Notes: generated by a model from the letters alone, not told the origin. A stretch of DNA of 64,000 nt from an uncultured Acidobacteriaceae bacterium (GCA_963791875.1 CAWBUI010000005.1:2340-66339); one strand, 5' to 3'. Numbered from the stretch's first letter, positions 52,137 to 62,970 are shown. A program made the numbers and translations.

Positions 52137-53180
52137 ATGGCAACGCGGATGAAAGATATTGCAAAAGCGCTTGACCTCTCGATCGTGACGGTCTCCAAGG
52201 TTATCAATAAGAAAGACGCTCATATAAGCGAAGCCACCCGCAAGCGCGTACTGGAGTGCGCACGCCGCCTGGACTACCGGCCAAATCTCGCAGCCAAAAG
52301 TCTCGTTACCGGTCAGTCAAACATGATCGGCCTCATAGTCCCAGAGCTGTTCCACGGATTTTTCGGGGAAGTCGCCGCAGGCATGTCGGACACCCTGGAT
52401 CAGCAGGGTTATGGGTTGATCATCTCGTCGTCTCGTGACGATTTCCACCTTGAGAACAAAGAGATCCGGCAAATGCTCGCTCGCAATGTAGATGCTCTCG
52501 TCGTCGCCAGTTGCAACTCGAATTCAGACGCGCTACTGTCAGCGGACCGCGAAGTCCCCCTCATTCTCTTGGACAGGCGTGTAGGCGAGCGGGGTGCATT
52601 TTGGCTTGTCGGCGTTGATGACTTACTGGTCGGCGAACTGGCGACGCAGCACCTTATCGACATTGGCCGCAAGAGAGTCGCATTCATTGGCGGCCCTGAT
52701 TTCAGCCCCACGAGTGACCGCAGGGAGGGCTACCTGAAGGTCCTTGGAAAGCACGGCATCAAGGTGCCCGCCAAGTGGGTGCTGAGACTTCCGCGCAACG
52801 AAGAATCAAGCCCTGTCTTTGGCGAGACGATCATGCGGCAACTCCTGAAGTGCAAGCCAAAGCCGAATGCCGTGTTCTGTTACAACGATCCAACCGCGTG
52901 GGGCGCGACGCTCGCAGTTCTCGAAGCTGGCTTGCGCGTGCCCGAAGATATCGCAGTGCTGGGATGCGGGGACAACATGCACAATGACTTCTTCCGGGTG
53001 CCTCTCAGCTCAGTGAGCCAGAAATCCAAACTGATGGGATGCGAAGCCGCAAATCTCGCGATCAGACTAATCAGGAACCGAGCTCAGAAGGTGGAGCAGG
53101 CTCCAATGACGTTGTTTCTGCAGCCCACAGTCGTCGTCCGGAATTCCACGACGGTCCCCTCACGTAAGTCTCAGGTGTGA
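52137..53180 (+). CDS. LacI-family transcriptional regulator
   Basis: MKDIAKALDLSIVTVSKVIN, YRPNLAAKSL, VPEDIAVLG. Confidence 0.95.
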   Translation: MATRMKDIAKALDLSIVTVSKVINKKDAHISEATRKRVLECARRLDYRPNLAAKSLVTGQSNMIGLIVPELFHGFFGEVAAGMSDTLDQQGYGLIISSSRDDFHLENKEIRQMLARNVDALVVASCNSNSDALLSADREVPLILLDRRVGERGAFWLVGVDDLLVGELATQHLIDIGRKRVAFIGGPDFSPTSDRREGYLKVLGKHGIKVPAKWVLRLPRNEESSPVFGETIMRQLLKCKPKPNAVFCYNDPTAWGATLAVLEAGLRVPEDIAVLGCGDNMHNDFFRVPLSSVSQKSKLMGCEAANLAIRLIRNRAQKVEQAPMTLFLQPTVVVRNSTTVPSRKSQV

Positions 53181-53247
53181 AGCGAGCGCCCTCCAGTAAT
53201 TCTCGGCAGCCGTCCGGCGGCGCATAAGCAAAAATAGCGAACGGGTC

Positions 53248-53303
53248 TTGACATTGGCATCCTGGCGCGAGTAAACCTTTAGAGGTTTAAGATAAACGTT
53301 TAC
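53248..53303 (+). promoter_or_regulatory. Promoter with LacI-type operator upstream of GH29
   Basis: TTGACA at 53248; GTAAACCTTTAG at 53271 and ATAAACGTTTAC at 53292. Confidence 0.65.
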
Positions 53304-53456
53304 CTGTAGTGGTTCGCTCGTAGTTATCCCGCCTACATTCAGGATGACATCAAGGTCAACCTTAGGCTGTCAGTTAATGCCGGACGTCGCCGGAATGTCT
53401 TCTCCCCGCGCGCCAAGCAATTCTCCGGACGACTCTACTTTTAGGACACCCTATCT

Positions 53457-55172
53457 ATGCCGCTTACAAGACGCCGCTTCCTTGCCCAGTCGTCGCTTCT
53501 CGCAGCTTCTTCCACCTTGGCGCCGCATACCGCCATCACCGCGTTCGGCCAGACCCTCTCTCCTTCCGGCGTGCCTGTCTCGGAGGCGGAGAAGGACCTG
53601 GGTGAAGGCGGAAACTCTATGGGCTTTGATATGGCCCCAGAGACCAATATCAACGTGGTGAACGCCGCGATGGAGAAGATATCGGCACAGATGCCCGCAG
53701 GACCATTCAAGCCTGCATGGGATTCCCTGAAGCAGAATTACAAGGTGCCGCGGTGGTTCGTCGGCGCAAAATTTGGGATCTTTAGCCACTTCGGCATCTT
53801 CTCGGTGGCGGCGCACGGCAACGAGTGGTACGAAAAGTTCATGTACGCCGGCGGAGATGACAGCACGCTGAAGTCCATGAATAGTCATGGCAGCTTTGTC
53901 GCTTGGCACACTGAGCACTATGGCTCTCCAGACAAATTCGGCTACAAGGACTTTATTCCGATGTTCACGGCGGAGAAGTTCAACGCGGAAGCCTGGGCAG
54001 AGTTATACAAAAAATCGGGAGCCAGATACGTCGTTCCAGGAGCGCAGCATCACGAAAACTTTGCCATGTGGGACAGCAGAGTAACTCCTTTTAACTCGAT
54101 GAAAATGGGACCGAAACGAGATGTGATCGGCGAACTGGCCACGGCGGTGCGCAAGCGAGGCATGAAGTTTGGAGTCGCGAATCACGGTATCGAGAACTTC
54201 CAGTTCATCAACCCGCCAACCGAACTCGCCGAAAAAATGAAGGCCCAGAAAGTCGATCTTTATGATCCTGCATGGGCCGAGTTTTACAACGTCGCTGATC
54301 GCAGCGACGCCGCTTGCGAAAGATTTCTGGTGAACTGGTACGAACGGAATGTCGAACTGATCGACAAATATCAGCCCGATCTCATGTACTTCGACAACGG
54401 GATTGATCAGCGATATCTCGATCCTCTCAAGCTGAGTATTGCCGCGTACTACTACAACCGTGCCAGAAGCTGGGGCAAAGAAGTCTCCTTCACGACCAAG
54501 AAGGCTGCGTTCTCGCCGACCGGCAAAAACACCGAAACGATTGGGTCCATCCTCGACTTTGAAGGCCATACGCCCGGCGGCATCCGCACCGGCTCGTGGG
54601 AGGAAGACCGTTCCATCGGCAGCAGCTGGGGATACACGTCGGGGGAGCGGATCTATACCACCAACGAGGTCATCGGGTTTCTGGTCGACGCCGTTAGTAA
54701 GAACGGCAATCTCCTGCTCAACGTGTCCCCTATGGCCGACGGCACCATACCGCAGGACCAGCAGGACTCCCTGCTTGGTGTAGGCAAGTGGCTCGAAACC
54801 AATGGCGAGGCTATCTACGATACTCACTCCTGGGTGAGGTTCGCAGAGCCCGGGGAGCAGCGCATTCACTTTACCGTCAAAGGCGACGCACTCTATGCCA
54901 TCGTTCTTGGCAAAGGACCCACAGCCGAACTCGTGATTGCTTCCCTTGCGACCGGTCAGCTGGCAGCAGGAAAAGTCGCTTCTGTAACCATGCTGGGCAG
55001 CGATCGGCCTCTCCGTTTCACGCACGATTCTGGTGGTTTGAAGGTCAGGCGTTCCGACTCAGCTCCTGCAGACAGTCCCTACACCTTGAAGATCACGGGC
55101 CTCAAGATGAACCCGCCCACCTCGACGCTTTCAGGTAACCCGATGCCCAACAACGGTGCTGCGAAACTCTGA
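53457..55172 (+). CDS. GH29 alpha-L-fucosidase (Tat signal)
   Basis: TRRRFL; WFVGAKFGIFSH, QHHENF, YFDNG, SKNGNLLLNV, NGEAIY. Confidence 0.93.
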   Translation: MPLTRRRFLAQSSLLAASSTLAPHTAITAFGQTLSPSGVPVSEAEKDLGEGGNSMGFDMAPETNINVVNAAMEKISAQMPAGPFKPAWDSLKQNYKVPRWFVGAKFGIFSHFGIFSVAAHGNEWYEKFMYAGGDDSTLKSMNSHGSFVAWHTEHYGSPDKFGYKDFIPMFTAEKFNAEAWAELYKKSGARYVVPGAQHHENFAMWDSRVTPFNSMKMGPKRDVIGELATAVRKRGMKFGVANHGIENFQFINPPTELAEKMKAQKVDLYDPAWAEFYNVADRSDAACERFLVNWYERNVELIDKYQPDLMYFDNGIDQRYLDPLKLSIAAYYYNRARSWGKEVSFTTKKAAFSPTGKNTETIGSILDFEGHTPGGIRTGSWEEDRSIGSSWGYTSGERIYTTNEVIGFLVDAVSKNGNLLLNVSPMADGTIPQDQQDSLLGVGKWLETNGEAIYDTHSWVRFAEPGEQRIHFTVKGDALYAIVLGKGPTAELVIASLATGQLAAGKVASVTMLGSDRPLRFTHDSGGLKVRRSDSAPADSPYTLKITGLKMNPPTSTLSGNPMPNNGAAKL

Positions 55173-55272
55173 GTCTTTCGCAACGCGGGCCTCCTACTCT
55201 CAAACCGAACTTATTCGCCGCGAGCGGGTCACCACCTATTACCCTTAGCTACTTCTTCATCGAGAGACAATA

Positions 55273-56940
55273 TTGCTGACAAGACGTAAATTGATTGGAA
55301 GAGTAGCCGCAGTCGCAGGAACGATCTGGCTCGCACACCAAAGCTATGCCCAGAGTGACTCACTGCCGAATACCGCAGACACGCAGCCCTTCGACCCCCG
55401 CCGCTTCGGCGCAAAAGGAGACGGCCGGGCCCTCGACACCACCGCCGTCCAGGCCGCCATCGACGCCTGCAGCAAGGCCCGCGGCGGCTCGGTCGTCTTC
55501 CATCCTGGGCTCACGTTCCTGATCGGCACCATCTACCTCAAGGACAACGTCCACCTGCAACTCGAACCCAACTCCACCCTGCTCGGCAGCGACAACCTCG
55601 CCGACTACGCCAACGACGTCGGCCTCAACCCCTTCTTTCCCGAGACCATCGACCCCTGCCTCATCTACGCCAAGAGCGCTACCGGGATTGGCATCCGGGG
55701 CGAAGGCAAGATCGTGGGCTACACCGGCGCCAGGTTCACCCCTCCGCCTGGCGGCGACGCCCGCGCCGCGAAGCAGCGCCCCATGCTCATTCGTCTCGAC
55801 ACCTGCACGCAGGTCACTGTTGCCGATGTCTCACTTTATCGTTGCGGCTCCTGGTGCATGCACCTCAAGAACAGCCGCGAGATCTTTCTCACCAACGTCC
55901 ATATTCAGAATGAGAAGCAGGACGGCTTCGACCTCGACAGCTGTCAGAACGTCTCCATCTCTGGCTGCCACATCGAAGGCGGCGACGATGCTATTGCCAT
56001 AACGACCAGCGTCAAGGACCATCCCGCCCGCAACATCACCATCACCAACTGCCTGCTCAAGTCCCGCTGCGCCGGTATCCGCTTCGGCCCACTCTCCAAG
56101 GGCGACTTCGAGAACATCTCCGTCTCCAACTGCATCTTCTACGACTGCAACCTCGGCGGCATCAAGCTCGGCGTCTTCGAAGGCGCCACCATCCGCAACT
56201 GCGTCTTCGATAACCTCGTCATGGACAATGTCACCGCCCCGCTGTCGATCTTCATCGCCACCTGGCCCGACGTCGGCTCGACAGACGCCAATCCGCCGAT
56301 GATGCCCCCCGGCAAGATCCATGACCTCCAGTTCCGCGGCATTCGCGCCACCACCCGCCCGGGTCCGCCCTCGGCGCACCCCGACTCCAACAGCAGCATG
56401 TTCTTCCAGGGACACCCGCAGAGCTCGATCGAGAACATCCTGCTTCAAGACATCAACATCACCTTCTCCGGTCTGGGCACGGTCGACCAGGCCAAGCGCC
56501 GGAACATCGTCGACATGGACAAGATCGACTGGCGCAAGGACGGCTACTGGACCGACCACAAGACCACCTGGGGTGTGCCTCCCGCCTACGGCCTCTATGC
56601 ACGCCACATCAAGGGGCTTACCTTGCAAAACGTCACCTTCCAGCTCGCACAACCCGACCACCGCTCAGCCATCTTCCTCCACGACTCCGAAGACATCCAG
56701 TTAGACCACTTCAAGGCCGCATGCGATCCCCCGGACACCGCCTTGATCACCGCGGCTAACACCGTCGGTTTGCACCTGTCCGGGATAGATGCCTCTCCTA
56801 AAGCAGCCTTCCTTCTCTGCCTCGAAGGTGCTTCGTCCAGCGGGATCGTTCTCGGACCCAACCTGCCCGGCAAGTTCACGAAGACAATCGAGTACGCCGA
56901 TGGCGCAACCGATAAGGCGGTTCTGCAGCAGGGCAGCTAA
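55273..56940 (+). CDS. GH28-like parallel beta-helix hydrolase (Tat signal)
   Basis: TRRKLI; FGAKGDG..DT.AVQAAID, QDGFDLDSC, GGDDAIAI, PAYGLYARH. Confidence 0.88.
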   Translation: MLTRRKLIGRVAAVAGTIWLAHQSYAQSDSLPNTADTQPFDPRRFGAKGDGRALDTTAVQAAIDACSKARGGSVVFHPGLTFLIGTIYLKDNVHLQLEPNSTLLGSDNLADYANDVGLNPFFPETIDPCLIYAKSATGIGIRGEGKIVGYTGARFTPPPGGDARAAKQRPMLIRLDTCTQVTVADVSLYRCGSWCMHLKNSREIFLTNVHIQNEKQDGFDLDSCQNVSISGCHIEGGDDAIAITTSVKDHPARNITITNCLLKSRCAGIRFGPLSKGDFENISVSNCIFYDCNLGGIKLGVFEGATIRNCVFDNLVMDNVTAPLSIFIATWPDVGSTDANPPMMPPGKIHDLQFRGIRATTRPGPPSAHPDSNSSMFFQGHPQSSIENILLQDINITFSGLGTVDQAKRRNIVDMDKIDWRKDGYWTDHKTTWGVPPAYGLYARHIKGLTLQNVTFQLAQPDHRSAIFLHDSEDIQLDHFKAACDPPDTALITAANTVGLHLSGIDASPKAAFLLCLEGASSSGIVLGPNLPGKFTKTIEYADGATDKAVLQQGS

Positions 56941-57080
56941 CGCGCAGCAGGAGGCGGAATGGAGCGCAGAGCCACTGGCGTCGTACTCGGCCAGCATTGA
57001 TCGGAAGAAGACTGCGTGGGGCCAGTTGGTGCCTGCCGATACGTGTAGGGCCGAGCGCACGGTGATCCGGCGATCCTGAA

Positions 57081-57470
57081 ATGCTGTGGATCTCCAGCCG
57101 AACCTATAAAGCCTTTGACGATACGCACACAAAGACCGGCCTCGCACACCTCTCCGACGCAAAATCCATCGCCGAGCACGGCGTCACCTTCAACGAACCG
57201 CCAAGCTCCCAGCGATCCTTTATCTCGCCACCGGCGACAGCGCGAAGCCTCCCGGGCCGACCGCATCGAGAAGACCACCTTCAACGCAGGGCTTTAGTCC
57301 ATCTCGACGGACTGCAGGTCGCACCAGTACTACTCCAGCCATAACCAGGTCGTCGCGCACCACGGCCTCGTGACCAACCAGGATCCGAACCGGGCGGCAT
57401 AGCGTCCCCGCCACATAACCGAGTGCTGCTCCGGCAACGTCCACCGCTTCCTACCAAACTATGTGCCTTC
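57081..57470 (+). pseudogene. GH127-like (beta-L-arabinofuranosidase family) remnant
   Basis: HGVTFNE, then in another frame ADRIEKTTFNAGL*...HQYYSSHNQV...*RPRHITECCSGNVHRFLPNY with two in-frame TAG stops. Confidence 0.7.
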
Positions 57471-57670
57471 CTGGCGAGAACTATCGCCGGAGTCCTCCGA
57501 GTACGGGCGATATCAGGTGTATGTGACCTGACCTGCGAAGCACGTCTTAACTTCTTTTGCATGCTCGGCCTTTTGCCCTCTAATGAACAGTAGCTATCGT
57601 GAGACGGACAGTATTTCTGGTGGGAAGCGTGCCAATTCGTCAATCTTCACCAGCCATGATCGTCAGGCCG

Positions 57671-60571
57671 CTACTCTGCAGCCAGGACGATCTTTTCCCC
57701 AGCCCCTGTACCGAAGACGACCTTCTCGCCATCCAGAGTCTCGGCCTGATGCCCATTGCGAGAGAGGCGTATCCGCTTGCCCGGCCAGGGATTCTGGATC
57801 GTACATAGCCTTCCCTTTTCACTGTCGATCACCAACCCCATCACCTTGCCGTCGCTAATCTCTGCCGAAACCAGGAACGCCCCGTAGGCGCGCAAATGGT
57901 CGAAGCGAGCATTGTGATCTTTGGGCCAGTCTGGAAACAGCCGAAGCATCCCATCACTGCTCTGCAGGAGCATCTCGTTGATTGCTCCAGGAATCATGCT
58001 GGCGGTCTCCACGCCGCCGCCATGAAAAAAGATGTAGCCGTTCGCGTATCCATTGCGTGCCACATCGGTCCGCAGCGACTCGAGCAGCTTGTTCGGGTCG
58101 TAGCCTATGCGGGCGAGCGCGGGCGGCAGCAAGGGGTGGCCGTCGAAGGGGATCTGGTCTGCCGAGTTACGTGCGGTTGCGAGCAGTTGCGGGTCGCTTC
58201 CCAGGCCAATCTCCCCGGTAGGCCACACTGCGCGCATGCCACCTCCTCCTCCGCCCGGACCAGTCTCGCTTGCTCTAAAAACGGTCTTGCCATTCAGCTC
58301 CTGAGTCGGATAGGTGCTGAGGTGCGCGACAATCTCCGTCCACTTGCTTCTTCGGTCAGCATCCCTGCCCAATTCTGTGCTCATCGCAATGAGACCGCGA
58401 AATGTCGCCTTCACAAAAGCCAGGTCGTTCAAAGGATTTCTGTCCGAGCCACACGCCGTCCAGTCGGCATTCGCACCCGCCCCAAGCGCCCATGGCCCCA
58501 CCTCTCCTGGACAATCGTTGTCGATCACGTATCGGTCGCGCTCTCGCCGCAGATAGTCCTCCCAGAAGTCCCCTACGGCGAGGATGAACGGGTACACCCG
58601 CTCGCCGTACGAGAGGTCGTACGTGCTGTAGAACCTCATCAGCATCGGCTGCACGAGAAAGGCGGCATCCCCCTTCTCGCCCATGAACGGCTCATAGTCG
58701 AACGGCCGCTCTAAGCCCCACGGTCCCAGGTGGCCCGGATAGTACGCACCACGCACATGCAGCATGGTTTGAGCATAGAGCTTGCCTCGTTCCAGAAAAG
58801 CCATGATCGGCGGATCATACGGGTCCGTAGTGGCGATGTGGTTTGAGGCGTACAAAGCCAGGAACGGGGTCTGGTGGTTGTAGTTGGTCGTATAGTCCCC
58901 GTTCCAGGATGGATGGTCAGTCGTCACCCAGGGTCCGTACAGTCCCGGCGCAACCTTGCCGCTGCGGCTCGACGAGGCAATTACGTACTGCGAGGAGTAA
59001 TAGAATTTTTCCAGCAAAGGATCGTTGATCTCGACAGAAGACTCGGACCAGTAGCGCCTCCACCACGCATGGTGCTCAACGGCGAGAGCTTCGATCCCCG
59101 CAGATGCAAACCCTTCTGCCATCGCGATCGCCGCCGCGCGGTGATCGGGCGCATCCAGATCGGTCAAAACGGCAGTCACCAGAGACACCGGCGCGCCGGG
59201 ACGCACTACGAATTGCAACGCTCCATCCTGAACCGTTGCCTTCGCACCGATGAGGTGCGCCGCGATCGTGATTTCACGGCCCTGGGTAGTATCCGTTCTG
59301 GTAGGTGGCAGCGGATTTGGCCATTCATACTGCTCATCCACAGGTCCGTCCGCGTTTCTGCTGATCCACACCGTGTCGGAAGTGCTGCCGCCGCTCAAGA
59401 AGCGAGCTCGTGGAAGCGCCTCCTTCCCATCGACGTAGAGGCGGATCGAGGAGCCATCGAACGTGCCGGCGACATGCACCCACTGTCCGATCGGCAGAGC
59501 AAATGCAGTACGCGCAAAGTGGTCGCCTATATTCAGCCGGAGCTTTCCATGATCCAACGCGAGACTGTATGCTTCGTTCCACTCGCCCTTACTCACAATG
59601 TAGTTCGCGTCCCCGGCCGCAAAGATGTAGATCCACGCTGCCAGAGTGACCTGCTGCAAAGCGGGAATCTGGCCGGCGTCAAGATAGACGGCCGAGTGCA
59701 TCAGCTTCGCTGCGCGGCCTATCTTCCCAAGCGAGAAACGCTGGTAATCCAGGTGGTATCCGTCAGGACGACAGCCGGTCTGTTCTTCCGTCGGTTCTTC
59801 GGCGGGGCGAAATACCCGAGGCGGCAAACCACAGTCAGCACCGGACACTACCTTCAATGGAGTATCCGTGGCGCTCGGCCCGTTTAGATTCTCAAATGCC
59901 CAATGACGCACCAGCCCTTCTTTAACTTCTCGCAGTTGCGCTAAATCCTTAATTGCGTCTGGCTCGAGGGCTTGATTGAATATTTGAACCTCGTCGAGAA
60001 GACCGTCGAAGTACCAGCGGCCGTCACCGTGTTGTTCTCGTCCAAGGTTTACTGGCCTTCGATTGTTCTGGATGGCGGCAGGCCTTGGGGAGAGCTGTGC
60101 GTTCACAGTGATCGCAGCCCCCTCAGCGGAAACGGAGGTTACGACAACATTCTTTCCCGCCGCCACCCATGAGCGCATCCTGACCACACTGCCGGGCCTG
60201 GAGAATGTCCCCACAACCTGCGCATCAGCGAGACTCTGTTCCTCGCGGTAAGAGGCGCCGGATAACTCCGGAACTCGGAGACGCAGGCTGCCAACTGACA
60301 TCACCGATGCCTGCTGACTCCAGAAATCGTTCTTGCCGAAGTAGAACTCCTGGTCCTCAGGACCGCCGCCGATCGCAACTCCCAGATCACCGTTGCCGAG
60401 GATCGGTCCATCCACTACGGTCCCGCTTGGAACGCGTGTCGGCGGTTTCTGCATCACCAAGGTGTATTTCCCAACGATCTCAGGACCGCGTTGTCCCAGG
60501 CAATCCAGTCCGCACATGCCCGCCAGGACAGACAGGCTATAGAAGGTATTATTGGCTGTTTGCCGGATCAT
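57671..60571 (-). CDS. GH95-like glycoside hydrolase with inserted LamG/ConA-like domain
   Basis: GPILGNGDLG, KNDFW, WNGDYTTNYN, INEMLLQS, RLFPDWP, LRAYGAFLVSA; LamG motifs in 59420-60080. Confidence 0.75.
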   Translation of the reverse strand: MIRQTANNTFYSLSVLAGMCGLDCLGQRGPEIVGKYTLVMQKPPTRVPSGTVVDGPILGNGDLGVAIGGGPEDQEFYFGKNDFWSQQASVMSVGSLRLRVPELSGASYREEQSLADAQVVGTFSRPGSVVRMRSWVAAGKNVVVTSVSAEGAAITVNAQLSPRPAAIQNNRRPVNLGREQHGDGRWYFDGLLDEVQIFNQALEPDAIKDLAQLREVKEGLVRHWAFENLNGPSATDTPLKVVSGADCGLPPRVFRPAEEPTEEQTGCRPDGYHLDYQRFSLGKIGRAAKLMHSAVYLDAGQIPALQQVTLAAWIYIFAAGDANYIVSKGEWNEAYSLALDHGKLRLNIGDHFARTAFALPIGQWVHVAGTFDGSSIRLYVDGKEALPRARFLSGGSTSDTVWISRNADGPVDEQYEWPNPLPPTRTDTTQGREITIAAHLIGAKATVQDGALQFVVRPGAPVSLVTAVLTDLDAPDHRAAAIAMAEGFASAGIEALAVEHHAWWRRYWSESSVEINDPLLEKFYYSSQYVIASSSRSGKVAPGLYGPWVTTDHPSWNGDYTTNYNHQTPFLALYASNHIATTDPYDPPIMAFLERGKLYAQTMLHVRGAYYPGHLGPWGLERPFDYEPFMGEKGDAAFLVQPMLMRFYSTYDLSYGERVYPFILAVGDFWEDYLRRERDRYVIDNDCPGEVGPWALGAGANADWTACGSDRNPLNDLAFVKATFRGLIAMSTELGRDADRRSKWTEIVAHLSTYPTQELNGKTVFRASETGPGGGGGGMRAVWPTGEIGLGSDPQLLATARNSADQIPFDGHPLLPPALARIGYDPNKLLESLRTDVARNGYANGYIFFHGGGVETASMIPGAINEMLLQSSDGMLRLFPDWPKDHNARFDHLRAYGAFLVSAEISDGKVMGLVIDSEKGRLCTIQNPWPGKRIRLSRNGHQAETLDGEKVVFGTGAGEKIVLAAE

Positions 60572-60751
60572 GCTGGCTCTCTCTTAAATTCAATCGTTGC
60601 GCACACTTCTGACCTGATCTATCTGCCGATTGAGCCAGGACCTTCCGTAACGAGGGTAGGACGTGATGAACAATGCTACTCTCAGAGGCGCCTATAAAAT
60701 CACTCCTTGCGGGCGGATTCATCCCGTCCGCGATCCGACGTCGGACACATC

Positions 60752-62020
60752 ATGAAGGGCTGTCGCCTCTTGTTCAACCGCCTGACGCTCCCCGTACTGT
60801 TCGTTCTCGTCTCTCCGTCGGCGGCGATCTCCGCCTCACCGCAGCCTCACTGGGTTGGTACCTGGGCCGCGTCTCCGTTGCATCCCGATCGAGCCGACCT
60901 GCAGGAAAAGCCCGGTGCACCGCCCCGGCCCCGACCCCAGCGCGCTGACATCACAATTAGAGAGATCGTTCACGTCAGCCTGGGAGGGCAACAGCTGAGG
61001 GTCCGCTTTTCCAACCTGGACGGAAGCAGCCCTCTTATCCTCGGGGCAGCGGAAATCGCCAGGACGCTCCATGAAGCGGCCATCGTGCCCGGCACCAGTA
61101 GCCGCCTGACGTTCAACGGGAAAGCTTCCGTCTCGATACCGCCCGGCGCTTTGATCGTTAGCGATCCAATCTCATTCAACCTCGCGCCGATTTCCGATCT
61201 TACTGTGAGCATGTACATCTCGGCCGCTTCCGACTACGTCACCGAGCACCAACTCGCGAGCGCAACCTCATATCACGCCACCGGCAATTCCGTGTCGCAA
61301 GAGAATTTCGATGCCCCCCAGACTCGAACAACCTGGGAGTATCTCAACGGCATTGATGTGCTGGCGCCCGGAGACGCGGCGGCCATCGCCACTATCGGCG
61401 ATTCCATCACCGACGGCGCGTATTCAACAGCGAACACCAACCAGCGGTGGCCCGATGAACTTGCCCGGCGCCTGCAGGCAAACCGCAAGTACAGCAATCT
61501 CGCAGTTCTCAATGAATCAATCAGCGGAAACAAAATGTTGATGGATCGAGCTGGACCAAGCGCCCTGGCGCGTTTTGACCGCGATATTCTTGCCCAGTCT
61601 GGCGTCAAGTATCTCGTCATCCTGGAAGGCATCAACGATATCGGCAATATCCAGAAAGACCCCAGCGATCCTACAAGTGCCATCGAACTCATCGCAGGTC
61701 TGAATCAGATGATCGTGCGCGCTCACGCTCACGGAATCGTCGTGATCGGCGGCACACTCACTCCGTTCAGCGGGTTAAAGTCCTACTTCAGCGAGAAGAC
61801 TGAGGCGATTCGGCTCGCCGTCAATCAATGGATCCGCACCGGTGGTGCGTTCGACGCGGTCATCGATTTCGACGCCGCCACCCGCGACCCAGCCCACCCA
61901 GACACATTTCTACCCGCGTACGACCATGGCGATCATCTGCATCCGAACGACACAGGCTATAAAGCAATGGGAGCCTCCATTGACTTGAAGCTATTCACGT
62001 TGAAGCCGCACAAGCCGTGA
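60752..62020 (+). CDS. Secreted SGNH/GDSL hydrolase
   Basis: WVGTWAAS, IGDSITDG, LEGIND, GDHLHP. Confidence 0.93.
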   Translation: MKGCRLLFNRLTLPVLFVLVSPSAAISASPQPHWVGTWAASPLHPDRADLQEKPGAPPRPRPQRADITIREIVHVSLGGQQLRVRFSNLDGSSPLILGAAEIARTLHEAAIVPGTSSRLTFNGKASVSIPPGALIVSDPISFNLAPISDLTVSMYISAASDYVTEHQLASATSYHATGNSVSQENFDAPQTRTTWEYLNGIDVLAPGDAAAIATIGDSITDGAYSTANTNQRWPDELARRLQANRKYSNLAVLNESISGNKMLMDRAGPSALARFDRDILAQSGVKYLVILEGINDIGNIQKDPSDPTSAIELIAGLNQMIVRAHAHGIVVIGGTLTPFSGLKSYFSEKTEAIRLAVNQWIRTGGAFDAVIDFDAATRDPAHPDTFLPAYDHGDHLHPNDTGYKAMGASIDLKLFTLKPHKP

Positions 62021-62206
62021 CAACCAGCGTTTCTTTGTCACCTGCGTACCACGTAGGGGTGAGCTTCGGCGCTCCAGCAACGAAACTTCGCCAGCCTCCC
62101 CGGACCGAAAGGAAGGCCGATCATCAATTGAATCCTTCTATTGCAACACCTACAACTGTGCGAGGTGGTGCTAGGAAGTGCGAGGAAGGTGGGATCTCGC
62201 AGGAAT

Positions 62207-62226
62207 TGGTTGCCCCCCAGGGATTC
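62207..62226 (-). other. 3' fragment of a tRNA (probably tRNA-Gln); putative attR of a tRNA-integrated island
   Basis: Minus strand GAATCCCTGGGGGGCAACCA = half T-loop, T-stem 3' side, acceptor 3' side and ACCA; no 5' half of a tRNA adjacent. Confidence 0.7.
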
Positions 62227-62970
62227 ATATCTATTGATAACAAGGGTTTACTTAACTTTTCCACAGCGGTACCCGTATGAATACCCCGACCGGAAATAAG
62301 CACTCGTCGGTCCTCCAAGCACCTGCTGACACTTCACTGAGCTAGTTCGGATTGATCGATCTCTGGTGGATGCCGTTTGGACACTGCACGCAGCTAATCC
62401 CCCGTGCTGCGCGATATTGCCCGCGCACTTCGACCCGGGGAGATCGGCAGTTGCCGCATACGCAAGCTGATCGACCAGATGTGGGCAACTCTGGCTGACG
62501 CTCGCGCGCGATCTCGTTAAGCCGCCAGCGAGTGGCGCTTCCGTCTTACGCTTATTCGGCGGTAGCCGGTCGGAAACAGTCGCTTGCGGGAGCGAGCGAT
62601 AGCGTTGAGCACTCGGGCTCCTGCCATTTCACACCATACATTCGTTATTGGAGAAGAAATCGAATGACGGGGCCCCACTTCTTCTGTTGAGCCGCAACTT
62701 CTCCTTGAGCGCTGCGATCATGTCGCCTTCAACGAAACGCCAATCAACCTTCGCAGGATTGCAATGCAGCAGATACTGTGACGCCTGCTCCAAGCGGTGA
62801 AGACGATCCCTCTCGTTGTGACGAATCTACAGCCATAGCGCCTCACTAACGTGAAAGCGCGCCCCAAGCTGTCAGCTGGATGTGTGCCTATGCGTTTTGG
62901 TGAGCCTGAACCTACTCTTCAATCTGTCCGCGACTCTACCGCAGTCCGCGCAGCTTGTGCTTTGCTGCGC

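Noticed and set aside
62150-62290. Intact tRNA gene
   Set aside because: Only the 3' 20 nt are present; no D-arm, anticodon arm or 5' acceptor strand.
62300-62900. Possible gene remnant on the minus strand
   Set aside because: Short interrupted frames with no recognisable motif.
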